A DNA stretch of 64,000 bases from an uncultured Dehalococcoidia bacterium. Lineage in GTDB: Bacteria > Chloroflexota > Dehalococcoidia > DSTF01 > WHTK01. Below the pieces are notes generated by a model. That model saw only the letters and a program-made list of their open reading frames with translations, searched no databases and was not told the DNA's origin. A program made the translations under genes and the position numbers. Location: assembly GCA_964422735.1 (NCBI GenBank), contig CAYRCD010000001.1, forward strand, positions 10,501 through 74,500, read 5' to 3'. Shown in pieces: positions 8,988 through 18,346 of the stretch (its first letter is position 1; each line of letters starts with the position of its first letter).

Positions 8988-9530
8988 ATGAAGATACTGA
9001 CGACACTCGACGGCTCTCTTGAATCGAGTCAGGTACTGGCGACGGTCTCCAACCTGGCGAAGGGGCTCGGGGCCACCGTGGTTCTTCTCACGGTATGTGA
9101 CCCTGCGCACGAACTGCTGCGGATGCATCCAGAACCGTCGGGACCGGCCCTCATCTCCGGGCCCGCGGCCCTCGTATCGTCGACGCAAATCGAGGTCGCG
9201 GAACTGAATCAGCCAACGCCCGCACCCTGGGCGGAGTCCAGGGATCAGAGCATAAGCAGAGTGGAGGCAGAGGCCCGAGACTACCTTGGTGAGGCGGGAC
9301 GCCCTCTAAGGGAAGCCGGCGTTGCCGTCGAGTCGAGGGTGCTAACGGCCGATAACGCGGCGAAGGCAATCATCGACGTCGCGCGTCAGGAAAAGGCCGA
9401 TATCGTGGCAATGGCAACGCACGGCCGTTCCGGTCTCAGAAACATTGTTCACGGCAGCGTCGCCAGCGCGGTGGTCAGGTCTGGCGTTGCCCCGGTCCTT
9501 CTGGTGCGCTCTTCCGCGACGCGCCCCTAG
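8988..9530 (+). CDS. universal stress protein (UspA family)
   Basis: MKILTTLDGS at the N-terminus and ADIVAMATHGRSGLRNIVHGSVASAVVRSGVAPVLLV at the C-terminus. ATG 8988 is in frame with the tracked ORF. Confidence 0.85.
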   Translation: MKILTTLDGSLESSQVLATVSNLAKGLGATVVLLTVCDPAHELLRMHPEPSGPALISGPAALVSSTQIEVAELNQPTPAPWAESRDQSISRVEAEARDYLGEAGRPLREAGVAVESRVLTADNAAKAIIDVARQEKADIVAMATHGRSGLRNIVHGSVASAVVRSGVAPVLLVRSSATRP

Positions 9531-9615
9531 TCTTGCCCGCGCTGCGCCGCGGCCGGCGCGGTTGCGAAAGTCGGCTTGACCGCCGGCTCTCGTTCGAGCG
9601 CCTCTGGGCTCCGGT

Positions 9616-10152
9616 TCACGGCCTGCCGGCCGTTGTCGACCAGACGCTTCGTGATCTAAGCGACGCCAGCCATTCGTTCAGCTCGCGGCGCGAGGTGAAC
9701 CTGTGGCGAACGCGGTCCGCGAAAGCGGCGTCCGCGAACAGCGCGCCGGACCGGCGGCGCAGACTCGCGTGCATTCGGACCGACCACCAGACCACCGAGT
9801 CTTTGGACAAGGCCGTGCGCCAACGCTCGACGTTGCCGTGCCAGAGAGGCTCCTTAGTTACCACGCGTACGACAGTGCGGCGCAGGACCTGCCAGCGCGG
9901 CAGGTCGAGCCAGACGATGGTGTCGCAGCGGCGCAGGACCAGCTGGTCCGACGCCGAGGGCCCGAGGTTGCCATCGAGGGTCCAGCCTTCCGCCCTCGTG
10001 GCCGCATCGAACTCCACGAGCTCCTCCTCCCGGGGCGCTGGCTGCCAGTTCGGCCGCCAGATGATCGCGTCGTTGCAGATGTAGGTCAGCCCCAGCTTCT
10101 CCGCCAGCGCCTGGGCGACGAACGTCTTGCCGCAGCCGCTGCTGCCGACCAC
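9616..10152 (-). CDS. P-loop NTPase (adenylate-kinase / topology-modulation-like small kinase)
   Basis: Walker A GSSGCGKT lies at the extreme N-terminus, and the length is about 175 aa. The first canonical start (GTG 10152) cuts into the strand before the P-loop (upstream in frame: EVRRRIC). Confidence 0.65.
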   Translation of the reverse strand: MVGSSGCGKTFVAQALAEKLGLTYICNDAIIWRPNWQPAPREEELVEFDAATRAEGWTLDGNLGPSASDQLVLRRCDTIVWLDLPRWQVLRRTVVRVVTKEPLWHGNVERWRTALSKDSVVWWSVRMHASLRRRSGALFADAAFADRVRHRFTSRRELNEWLASLRSRSVWSTTAGRP

Positions 10153-10244
10153 GCAGATGCGGCGCCTAACTTCCGGCTGCGGTCTTCACCACTTGCCGCC
10201 GAGTTTGTCACCAAAAGTCCAAATTCCAACGTCCCAATTCCCCT

Positions 10245-13200
10245 TTAGTTCATCCCCACCACTACCCCCTGCAGCGCTACGAGCGCCCGCACCACGCCCT
10301 CGCGCCAGCCTTCACCCAGCGCCTCGCGGTCCAGGCGGACCTGGTGGGCCGTGACCGACGCGAGACCCGGGACCCGCCGCGGATAGGCGCCGCGGTCGAT
10401 CTCGCGCCCCGGGAGAAGGCGAAGGACGATCTGGTCGCCCTCGACCTGGATGGCGCCGGCGCCGGACTCTGTCGCCAGGAGGCGGAGACGGCAGACCCAG
10501 AGCAGGTTCTTCGCCGCCGGCGGCGGCGGCCCGAAGCGGTCGACAAGCTCCGCCTCGATCGCGTCGACCTCTTCGCTTTTCTCGGCCCGCGACAGGCGCT
10601 GGTAGAGGGCCAGGCGGAGGTTGAGGTCGGGCACGTAGGCGTCGGGCAGATGCGCGGTGATCGGCAGGTCGATGCTCACGGCCGGCCTCGCCAGCGCCGG
10701 CGGCGGCGGCTTCTCACCCCGCTGCAACGCCTTCAGGCGCTCGACCGCGTCGCCCAGCATGCGCACGTAGAGGTCGAAGCCCACGGCCGCCATGTGCCCG
10801 CTCTGCTCCGCGCCCAACAGGTTGCCGGCGCCGCGGATCTCGAGGTCGTGCAGCGCGATCTGGAAGCCCGCGCCCAGCTCCGTGGCCTCGAAGATCGCCT
10901 GTAGCCGCCGCTGCGCCGTCTCCGACAACGCGCGCCCGCGCTCGTAGAGCAGGTAGGCATAGGCGCGCGCGGCGCCGCGGCCCACCCGGCCCCGAAGCTG
11001 GTACAGCTGCGCCAGCCCGAGCTTGTCCGCCTGGTTGATGATGATCGTGTTCGCGTTGGGGATATCCAAACCAGATTCGATGATCGTCGTGCAGACCAAG
11101 ACGTCGATCTCGCCCGCGGTGAAAGCCAGCATCGTCTTCTCCAGCTGGTCCTCGTGCATCTGGCCGTGGCCGATGCCGATGTTCGCCTCCGGCACGAGCC
11201 GGCGGATGCGCTCTGTGATCAGCTCGATGTTGAACACGCGGTTGTGGACGAAGAAGACCTGGCCGCCGCGTTCCAGCTCGCGCATGATCGCCTCGCGGAT
11301 GATGGCGTCGTCCGACTCCAGCACGTAGGTCCGGATCGGCAGGCGGTCCTCCGGCGGCGTCATCATGTTCGATAGGTCGCGGATGCCGACCAGCGACATG
11401 TGCAGGGTGCGCGGGATCGGCGTCGCCGACAGCGTGAGGACGTCGACCTCCTGGCGCATCTGCTTCAGGCGCTCCTTGTGCGCGACGCCGAAGCGCTGCT
11501 CCTCGTCGATGATCACCAGCCCCAGCTTCTTGAAGCCCATATCCTTCTGGAGGATGCGGTGGGTGCCGATCAGGATGTCGACGCCGCCACCGGCCGTGTC
11601 CAGGACGACCACACGCGCCTCCTTGTCCGACAGAAAGCGCGAGAGCATCTCGACCCGCGCCGGCAGGCTGGCCAGGCGCTCCTTGAAGGTCGTGAAGTGC
11701 TGCTGGGCGAGGACCGTCGTCGGGACGAGGACGGCCACCTGGAAGCCGTCCATGACCGCCTTGAACGCGGCGCGCACGGCGACCTCGGTCTTGCCATAGC
11801 CGACGTCGCCGCAGATCAGGCGGTCCATCGGCCGCGCCGCCTCCATATCGGCCTTCACGGAGTTTATCGCTACCAGTTGGTCCGCCGTCTCGACGTAGGG
11901 GAACGACGCCTCGAGCTCCTGCTGCCAGGGGGTGTCGGGCGAGAACGCGTGCCCCGGCAGGAGCTGGCGGCTAGCGTAGAGGTCGAGGAGGTCCTGCGCC
12001 ACGTCGGCAACGGCCCGCCGCACTCGCTCCCGCGCTCGCGTCCATTCGCCGCTGCCCAGCCGCGTCAGGGCCGGATGGTACTCGCCGGGACCGACGTAGC
12101 GCGCCACCCGGTTGCTTTGCTCGACAGGCACGAACAGGCGGTCACCCTCGGCGTAACCCAGCTCCAAAAACTCGCGCGAAGTGCCTTCAACAGTCCGCAC
12201 GACCAGGCCGTTGAAGCGGGCGATGCCATGCTCGATGTGGACGACGTAGTCACCCGGCGAGAGGTCGGCAATCAGCGAAGACCGGTCCGGCCCTTGGGTC
12301 CGCAGCGCCCGCCGCTGCTTCACGAAACCGAAGACCTCGGCGTCGGTCAGGAGCAGAATCGCCGTGGCTGCCTCCGCAGCGTAGGCTGGCGATTCACCCC
12401 CGCCGTCTTCGACCACGGGCCTCAAGTGCCACCCGTGCGGCAGCGACCCACGGATCACCTGGACCGACCCCGGCGCCGGCGCCGCTGTTATCGCCTCGAC
12501 CACACCGACGCCAACGCCTTCTTCGCCGAGCACCGCGTTCAGGCGCGGCGCCTGCTGCGAGACGATCACCACGGCCGCGCCCTTCCGCGCAACGGCCTTG
12601 ACCTCGCGCGCCAGCAGCCGGATGCGCCCCCCGAAACCCGGCGCGGGCACGAATGGCGGCCGGATAACCAGGCCGTCATTCTGAGGCCCCTCGTAGCCGT
12701 CATTCTGAGGCCCCTCGTAGCTGTCACTCTGAGTCCCCTCATCATTGTCATTCTGAGGCGTAGCCGAAGAATCTATCCGTTCGCCTGCTGTCGCGCTCGG
12801 GTATGCTGCTCCGTCGCCGGCCCGTCTGTGGCCCCCCCTTTTCCCGCCTGAGAGAGGGGCCGCGGGTGAGGGCGGCATCTCCGCCCCAAACCGCAGCAGC
12901 TCGACAACCGCGTGCGCCGCCAGCTTCCGCTGCAGGTCGTGCCAGTTTGACTGCGCCGCGGGCAGGCCGATGGGCAGCTCGCCGCGAGCCTCCCGCTCGA
13001 TGCGCATCGTCGCCGTTTCGGCGACGTATTCGTCCAGCGCTCGGGACAGGTCGATGGGTTCGTCCAGGATCACCGTCGATCCGGCCGCTAGGTGGTCGAG
13101 GAGCGAGAACGGCGAAAGCAGCGCCGGCAGGAACGACCGCTCCGGCGCGACGCCTCCGGCGGCCAGCGTCTCCAACTCGTCGCGGATCGTGCCAGCCGCT

Positions 13201-14021
13201 TCCTCCGTGCAGGCGCGGAAGTCGAGGCTCGCCGCCAGGTACCGCGCGGCCGCGCGGTCGGGTGAAAACTCCGTGGCGAGGCCGAGCGTGATCGAAGTGA
13301 GGCGCTCACGCGAGCGCTGTGTCTCCGGATCGAAGGCGCGGATGCTCTCGACCGCCGGGCCGAAGAACTCGACCCGCGCCGGTGCCGCCGTCTGCGGCGC
13401 GAAGAGGTCGACGATGCCGCCGCGCCGCGCCGCCTGTCCCGGCGCTTCGACCAGGGGCTCGATCGCGTAACCGGCCTCCAGCAGCCGGCGCAGGAGGTCC
13501 TCCGGCGTTAGCCGGGCGCCGACCGCCAGCGACCAAAAGGCCGACCGCGCTACGTCGGGCGCCAGCGTCCGCTGGGCGATGGCCTCGACCGAGGCTACGA
13601 TAATGGGCGGGCCGGCTCCATACACCGGGGATTCGCCCCGGCCGGCGTCCCCACCGTGGGCCGGGGATTCACTCCGGCCGAGGGCCCCGATCGTCTCGAG
13701 ACGGGCGCGAGTGTCCCAGGGTTCCTCAGTCCCCCGCTCGTAGGGCAGACGGTCGCGCTGAGGATAGAGCCGTACCCGAGGGCCGACGGCCGCACCGAGC
13801 CAGGCGCCAAGCTCTTCCACGAGGTCACGTGCCCGCGCTTCCTTCGCCACGACCATGAGAACCGGCCCGCCGGCATCTCGCGCCAGCGCCGCCGCCAGGC
13901 CGGCCTTAGTCGTGTCACCGGCGCCGACGCGCAGGGGCGCGCCCGGCGCCGGGCGCGGAAGCCCGCCGGCGGCGAGTATCGGTTCGAGAAGGCCGGAGAG
14001 GTCCATGGTCACCAACGCCAA
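10245..14021 (-). CDS. mfd: transcription-repair coupling factor Mfd, with several lineage-specific in-frame insertions
   Basis: CarD/RID region (DYVVHIEHGIARFNG), helicase motifs (ICGDVGYGKTEVA, DEEQRFGV, LSATPIPRT, QLYQLRGRVGR) and the TRG and C-terminal D7 region are present. Confidence 0.95.
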   Translation of the reverse strand: MALVTMDLSGLLEPILAAGGLPRPAPGAPLRVGAGDTTKAGLAAALARDAGGPVLMVVAKEARARDLVEELGAWLGAAVGPRVRLYPQRDRLPYERGTEEPWDTRARLETIGALGRSESPAHGGDAGRGESPVYGAGPPIIVASVEAIAQRTLAPDVARSAFWSLAVGARLTPEDLLRRLLEAGYAIEPLVEAPGQAARRGGIVDLFAPQTAAPARVEFFGPAVESIRAFDPETQRSRERLTSITLGLATEFSPDRAAARYLAASLDFRACTEEAAGTIRDELETLAAGGVAPERSFLPALLSPFSLLDHLAAGSTVILDEPIDLSRALDEYVAETATMRIEREARGELPIGLPAAQSNWHDLQRKLAAHAVVELLRFGAEMPPSPAAPLSGGKRGGHRRAGDGAAYPSATAGERIDSSATPQNDNDEGTQSDSYEGPQNDGYEGPQNDGLVIRPPFVPAPGFGGRIRLLAREVKAVARKGAAVVIVSQQAPRLNAVLGEEGVGVGVVEAITAAPAPGSVQVIRGSLPHGWHLRPVVEDGGGESPAYAAEAATAILLLTDAEVFGFVKQRRALRTQGPDRSSLIADLSPGDYVVHIEHGIARFNGLVVRTVEGTSREFLELGYAEGDRLFVPVEQSNRVARYVGPGEYHPALTRLGSGEWTRARERVRRAVADVAQDLLDLYASRQLLPGHAFSPDTPWQQELEASFPYVETADQLVAINSVKADMEAARPMDRLICGDVGYGKTEVAVRAAFKAVMDGFQVAVLVPTTVLAQQHFTTFKERLASLPARVEMLSRFLSDKEARVVVLDTAGGGVDILIGTHRILQKDMGFKKLGLVIIDEEQRFGVAHKERLKQMRQEVDVLTLSATPIPRTLHMSLVGIRDLSNMMTPPEDRLPIRTYVLESDDAIIREAIMRELERGGQVFFVHNRVFNIELITERIRRLVPEANIGIGHGQMHEDQLEKTMLAFTAGEIDVLVCTTIIESGLDIPNANTIIINQADKLGLAQLYQLRGRVGRGAARAYAYLLYERGRALSETAQRRLQAIFEATELGAGFQIALHDLEIRGAGNLLGAEQSGHMAAVGFDLYVRMLGDAVERLKALQRGEKPPPPALARPAVSIDLPITAHLPDAYVPDLNLRLALYQRLSRAEKSEEVDAIEAELVDRFGPPPPAAKNLLWVCRLRLLATESGAGAIQVEGDQIVLRLLPGREIDRGAYPRRVPGLASVTAHQVRLDREALGEGWREGVVRALVALQGVVVGMN
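12673..12780. repeat. 24-bp tandem repeat (CCGTCATTCTGAGGCCCCTCGTAG, 2 exact + 1 degenerate) followed by a GTCATTCTGAGGCGTAGCCGAAGAATCT copy, all in frame in mfd
   Basis: Read directly. It encodes ...SSATPQNDNDEGTQSDSYEGPQNDGYEGPQNDG... on the minus strand. Confidence 0.8.
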
Positions 14022-14169
14022 AACGGCCGCCCCGGCATCCGGGGGGCCTTTCTACGGCCATTTTACAGCTTCTGAGCGCGGCAGGCCCTCGCGGTTCCCA
14101 TCCGCCTGCGGATTGCCCCTCACATTGCTGCTTTGGGTACCCAGGCTTCGGCCCCGGGTACCGAAAAGC

Positions 14170-14793
14170 TCAAGCCTCCGCCGCGTTAAAGCGGTTCATC
14201 GCCCGCTCCCAGCCTTCGGCGATGATCACCTCGATCGCTTCGACGGCGCGCTCGACACCCGCGTCGAGGACGCGTTTCTCGCCCGACGCGGGTTTCGCGA
14301 GAACGTGGCCGGCCACGACCTCGGGGTCCCAGGACGGCACGCCATCGACCTCGGGCCGGCCGATGCCGATGCGCACACGGCCGAAGTCCTCGCTCGCCAG
14401 CGCGGCCGCGATCGACTTGAGACCGTTGTGCCCGCCGGTGCCGCCTCCGCGGCGCAGGCGCAGCCGTCCCTGGGGAAGGTCTAGCTCGTCGTAGACGACG
14501 ATGACGTTCGAGGCAGGCACGTGCTCGCGCTGGGCCAGGGGCCCCACAGCGAGGCCGCTGCGGTTGACATAAGTCCGAGGTTTCACCAGAAGCACGTCGC
14601 CGCCGCCGATGCGTCCGCGCCCCGTCGATGCCGTCTTGCCGGCCTTGAAGTCGATACCGTGGCGGCGGGCGAGCCGGTTGAGGCACCAGAATCCGACGTT
14701 GTGGCGATGGCCGGCGTAGGCGTTACCAGGATTGCCCAGGCCCACAATGATCAGCTTTTCCACGCCGCCATGATAATCGCCGCAGAGGCGCAT
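14170..14793 (-). CDS. pth: peptidyl-tRNA hydrolase
   Basis: LIIVGLGNPGNAYAGHRHNVGF, VKPRTYVNRSG and GGHNGLKS are present. Confidence 0.93.
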   Translation of the reverse strand: MRLCGDYHGGVEKLIIVGLGNPGNAYAGHRHNVGFWCLNRLARRHGIDFKAGKTASTGRGRIGGGDVLLVKPRTYVNRSGLAVGPLAQREHVPASNVIVVYDELDLPQGRLRLRRGGGTGGHNGLKSIAAALASEDFGRVRIGIGRPEVDGVPSWDPEVVAGHVLAKPASGEKRVLDAGVERAVEAIEVIIAEGWERAMNRFNAAEA

Positions 14794-14840
14794 CCTCCGG
14801 CGAACGAAGTGCCCGCCCAGCCTTCCTCCGCGGGTCAGCC

Positions 14841-14880
14841 AGTCCCCTCTCCCTCTGGGAGAGGGTTAGGGAGAGGGCGA
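14841..14880. repeat. CCCTCTCC/GGAGAGGG-type palindromic repeat (intergenic copy)
   Basis: agtCCCCTCTCCCTCtgggaGAGGGttaGGGAGAGGGcg. It belongs to the same family as the five hairpins inside the kinase gene at 45833..45984. Confidence 0.65.
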
Positions 14881-14914
14881 GCTTGAGGGGCGCCCTCGAG
14901 CGAGCGCGCCTGCC

Positions 14915-16093
14915 TTAGCGCGCGGCCGCGCCCGCTGTCTGGCGCAGACCGCCGACCGCTTCCGGCAGCAGCTCGCAGACCCTGTCGATCTCTTCGATCG
15001 TCGTCGCCGACGAGAGCGTGAGGCGCAGGCTGCCCACGGCCTCGGTCATCGCGAGGCCCATCGCTAAAAGCACGTGCGAAGGCTCCCAGGTGGACGAGCC
15101 GCAGGCGGCGCCCGCCGAGGCGGCGATGTCGAGCTTGTCGAGCGCGGCCACGAGGTCATCGCCGCGCACGCCCCGGAAGCTGACGTTCACGTTGTTTGCC
15201 AGGCGCCGCGAGGGATGGCCATTCAGGGAGGCGTCCGGCACGGCGCTCAAGATACGCCGGGCAAGGGTGTCGCGCATCGCCTCGCAGACCCGGACGCTGT
15301 CGACGCGTTCCGTTTCCGCGATTTCCAGAGCCACGGCCTGGCCGACGATCCCGGCGACGTTCTCGGTGCCGGCGCGGCGCTGCCGCTCCTGACCCCCGCC
15401 CGCGATCTGGGCGGTGAACGGCGTGCCCCGGCGCATGTAAAGCACGCCGGTGCCCTTGGGCCCCCCGAACTTGTGACCGGACAGGCTGAGGAGGTCGATG
15501 CCGAGGGCCTCTACGTCGAGCGACAGGTATCCGGGGGCCTGCACCGCGTCGGTGTGCACGGGCACCTTTCGCCGCAGCTCTCGTCCGCGAGCCGCCACGA
15601 CGGCGGCGACCTCCGCGATCGGCTCGATGGTGCCGACCTCGTTGTTCGCAAGCATCACCGAGACCAGCACCGTCCGCTCCGTGACCGCGCCTGCGACCTG
15701 TTCGGGGTCGACGAGTCCATACCGGTCCACGGGCACATAGGTGACGTCGAACCCGAAGTCTTCGAGGTAGTTGCAGGTGTGATGGACGGCGTGGTGCTCG
15801 ACGGTCGTCGTTACGACGTGGTTGCCGGCCCGCGCCTTCTTCTGGGCGAAAGCGACGCCCTTGAGGGCCGTGTTGATGGACTCCGTGCCGCCGGACGTGA
15901 AGACGATGTCCGAGGAGCGGCAGTTGAGCACGGCCGCGACCGTCTTGCGAGCGTCGTCGATCGCCCTCTGGGCCTGGCGGGCGAGCGTGTGTGTCGCCGA
16001 CGGGTTGCCGTAGCTCTGCGTGAGGTACGGCATCATCGCCTCGAGGGCTCGAGGATGAAGCGGCGTCGTCGCCGCGTTATCGAGATAGATCAT
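14915..16093 (-). CDS. cysteine desulfurase (NifS/IscS-like class V aminotransferase)
   Basis: MIYLDNAATTP, FTSGGTESIN, LLSLSGHKFGGPKGTG (PLP Lys) and AGAACGS (active-site Cys loop). The start ATG at 16093 is taken in place of the longer tracked ORF. Confidence 0.9.
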   Translation of the reverse strand: MIYLDNAATTPLHPRALEAMMPYLTQSYGNPSATHTLARQAQRAIDDARKTVAAVLNCRSSDIVFTSGGTESINTALKGVAFAQKKARAGNHVVTTTVEHHAVHHTCNYLEDFGFDVTYVPVDRYGLVDPEQVAGAVTERTVLVSVMLANNEVGTIEPIAEVAAVVAARGRELRRKVPVHTDAVQAPGYLSLDVEALGIDLLSLSGHKFGGPKGTGVLYMRRGTPFTAQIAGGGQERQRRAGTENVAGIVGQAVALEIAETERVDSVRVCEAMRDTLARRILSAVPDASLNGHPSRRLANNVNVSFRGVRGDDLVAALDKLDIAASAGAACGSSTWEPSHVLLAMGLAMTEAVGSLRLTLSSATTIEEIDRVCELLPEAVGGLRQTAGAAAR

Positions 16094-16234
16094 CGGGATT
16101 CCTGGAGTCTCGCGCTTACGTTCACGTAAGACCACGGTACCCCCACTGGGTATCGCTGTCAAACTCGACGAAGAACCGGGAACGAGGAACCAGGAATTCG
16201 CCTTGCCACTTTCGTGGGGCGGCCAAAACGAAAA

Positions 16235-16264
16235 CACGTAGCCGAGACTTTCCAGTCTCGGCGG
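16235..16264 (+). repeat. CGTAGCC-hairpin repeat (cacgtaGCCGAGACTttccAGTCTCGGCgg)
   Basis: Perfect 9-bp stem. Related copies lie at 18299..18325, 45595..45623, 49522..49551 and 60472..60500 (reverse orientation). Confidence 0.8.
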
Positions 16265-16368
16265 CCATGAAGTCGCAATGGCTTCAACCGCTGCCGAATT
16301 GACAGATGCGAGCCGCGCGATTACGGTTGGGCATCGCAGAGCACCACAGCTGATCTCCGGGGGTTTCT

Positions 16369-18273
16369 ATGACCGAGACCACGTCCGCGCCCGCGCAAGC
16401 CAGGTACGGCGTCGAGATCGTGCGCGATGTCATGGTGCCGATGCGGGACGGAGGGCCGCTCGCCACCGACCTCTACCTTCCTCGCCTTCCCACGGGCGGC
16501 GACCCGGGCGAGCGGTTCCCGGCCCTCCTCCAACGCACGCCCTACAGCAAAGAAGGAGCATCGTCCCCGAACCGCGAGGTTCAGCCGCCGACCTCGGACG
16601 AGCCCGGGCCCGACCGCGCGGTTGCCACCGAGCGATTCGCGAGCTTCTTCGGCGAACGTGGTTATGTCGTCGTCATCCAGGACGTGCGCGGCCGCTGGCG
16701 GTCGGAAGGTATCTGGCACATGCTTCACGACGACGGCCGCGACGGCGCCGACACCTGCGCCTGGATCGCGTCCCAACCCTGGTCCGACGGCAAGGTCGGC
16801 ACCTACGGCACTTCTTACGCCGGCGGCACCCAGCATGCCATCGCTCTCGAAGGCGCCCAGCAGCTCAAGACTGTGATTCCCGTCGACGCGATGTCGAACC
16901 TCTGGTATCAGAGTCTGCGCAACGGCGGCGCCTTCGAAATGCGGTTCTGGAACTGGATCTTCACCTGGGCCGGCCGCGGCAGCCGCGAGTCGCGCGACGG
17001 CGTCGCGGGCCCGGCGCTCGTCGAGATGTGGTCGAACCGCCGCACCTACCTTTCCCATCTGCCGGTACGTCGCGGCGCCACGCCGCTTAAGCACGCGCCA
17101 GAATACGAGAACTGGCTCGTCGAGGCCATGAGCCGCGGTCCCGGCGACCCTTTCTGGGACATCAACAACATCCGCGAGCGTGCTTCCCAATACCAGGACA
17201 TGCCGGTTTATCTGGTCGGTGGCTGGTACGACTCCTGGGCCGGCAACACTACCGCCAACTTCTGCGCGCTGACCAGGGCGATCCAGGGACCGGTCTACCT
17301 GATCATGGGCCCCTGGATCCACGGCCAACAGGGGGCATCGGCACACGGACAGGTGAGCTTTGGCCCCGACGCCGCCATTCCCGACCCCCTCGCCTGGCGC
17401 CTGGAGTGGTTCGACCACTGGCTCAAGGGCGCGGACAACTCCGTGGGAAAGGCGGCGCCCTTCGCGACCCCGGTTCGTATCTTCGTCATGGGTACGGGTG
17501 ACGGCTCGAAGACCGGCGACGGCAGACTGAACCACGGCGGTTCCTGGCGTGACGAGCAGGACTGGCCGCTCGCCCGCACCCGTTTTACGCCGTTCTACCT
17601 CCGCGCGGGCGGGCTCCTGTCGCCCGAGCCCGAGCCCGGAGCGGAATCATCGACCAGCTACGACTTCGATCCGCGCGACCCCGTTCCGACGATCGGGGGC
17701 AACATCTCTTCCGCGGTTGGCATCATGCTCCAGGGAGCCTGGGACCAGCGCGGCGGCGAGCACGTCTGGAACTGGCTGAGGCCAATTCCGCTGTCCGCGA
17801 GGCGCGACGTCCTCGTCTTCCAGACCGAGCCGCTCGCTGAAGACATCGAGGTCACGGGCGAGATCGAGGTAAGGCTCTGGGCTTCGTCCTCCGCGGTCGA
17901 CACCGACTTCACCGCTAAGCTGATCGACGTATACCCGGCCAGCGTCGACTTCCCGGGCGGATTCGACCTCAACCTCGAAGACGGGATCATCCGCGGCCGC
18001 TTCCGCGAATCACTCAAACACGAGAAGCTGTTGGAGCCCGGCGTGGCCTGCGAGTTCACGATCCACCTCTACCCGACCTCCAACGTCTTCAAGAAGGGCC
18101 ACCGGATCCGCGTGGACGTGTCCAGCAGCAACTTTCCCCGTTTCGACCTGAACCCCAATAGCGGCGAGCCTCTCGGCCGCCACCGGCGGATTGTGGTCGC
18201 GACGAACACGGTGTTTCACGATCGCGACCACCCATCTCGCATCATCCTGCCGGTTACTCCGCCGGCGGGCTGA
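16369..18273 (+). CDS. CocE/NonD family hydrolase (S15 X-Pro dipeptidyl-peptidase-like)
   Basis: VPMRDGGPLATDLYLP, TPYSK, GTYGTSYAGGTQ (nucleophile elbow) and a C-terminal beta-sandwich (HRIRVDVSSSNFPRFD). Confidence 0.85.
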   Translation: MTETTSAPAQARYGVEIVRDVMVPMRDGGPLATDLYLPRLPTGGDPGERFPALLQRTPYSKEGASSPNREVQPPTSDEPGPDRAVATERFASFFGERGYVVVIQDVRGRWRSEGIWHMLHDDGRDGADTCAWIASQPWSDGKVGTYGTSYAGGTQHAIALEGAQQLKTVIPVDAMSNLWYQSLRNGGAFEMRFWNWIFTWAGRGSRESRDGVAGPALVEMWSNRRTYLSHLPVRRGATPLKHAPEYENWLVEAMSRGPGDPFWDINNIRERASQYQDMPVYLVGGWYDSWAGNTTANFCALTRAIQGPVYLIMGPWIHGQQGASAHGQVSFGPDAAIPDPLAWRLEWFDHWLKGADNSVGKAAPFATPVRIFVMGTGDGSKTGDGRLNHGGSWRDEQDWPLARTRFTPFYLRAGGLLSPEPEPGAESSTSYDFDPRDPVPTIGGNISSAVGIMLQGAWDQRGGEHVWNWLRPIPLSARRDVLVFQTEPLAEDIEVTGEIEVRLWASSSAVDTDFTAKLIDVYPASVDFPGGFDLNLEDGIIRGRFRESLKHEKLLEPGVACEFTIHLYPTSNVFKKGHRIRVDVSSSNFPRFDLNPNSGEPLGRHRRIVVATNTVFHDRDHPSRIILPVTPPAG

Positions 18274-18302
18274 GCGGCAGGAGGCCTTCCACTTATCCCG
18301 TA

Positions 18303-18324
18303 GCCGGGGCTTTCGAGCCCCGGC
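18303..18324. repeat. CGTAGCC-hairpin repeat variant (GCCGGGGC-tttcga-GCCCCGGC)
   Basis: It has the same flanks (cgtagcc...ggcg) and loop as 16235..16264, but the stem carries paired substitutions. Confidence 0.7.
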
Positions 18325-18346
18325 GTCGAATCTGCGCACACATGCC

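Noticed and set aside
12673-12780. Tandem 24-bp repeats considered as a possible mini CRISPR array
   Set aside because: The repeats are directly adjacent with no spacers. They lie inside the mfd reading frame, keep it open, and no cas genes are present.
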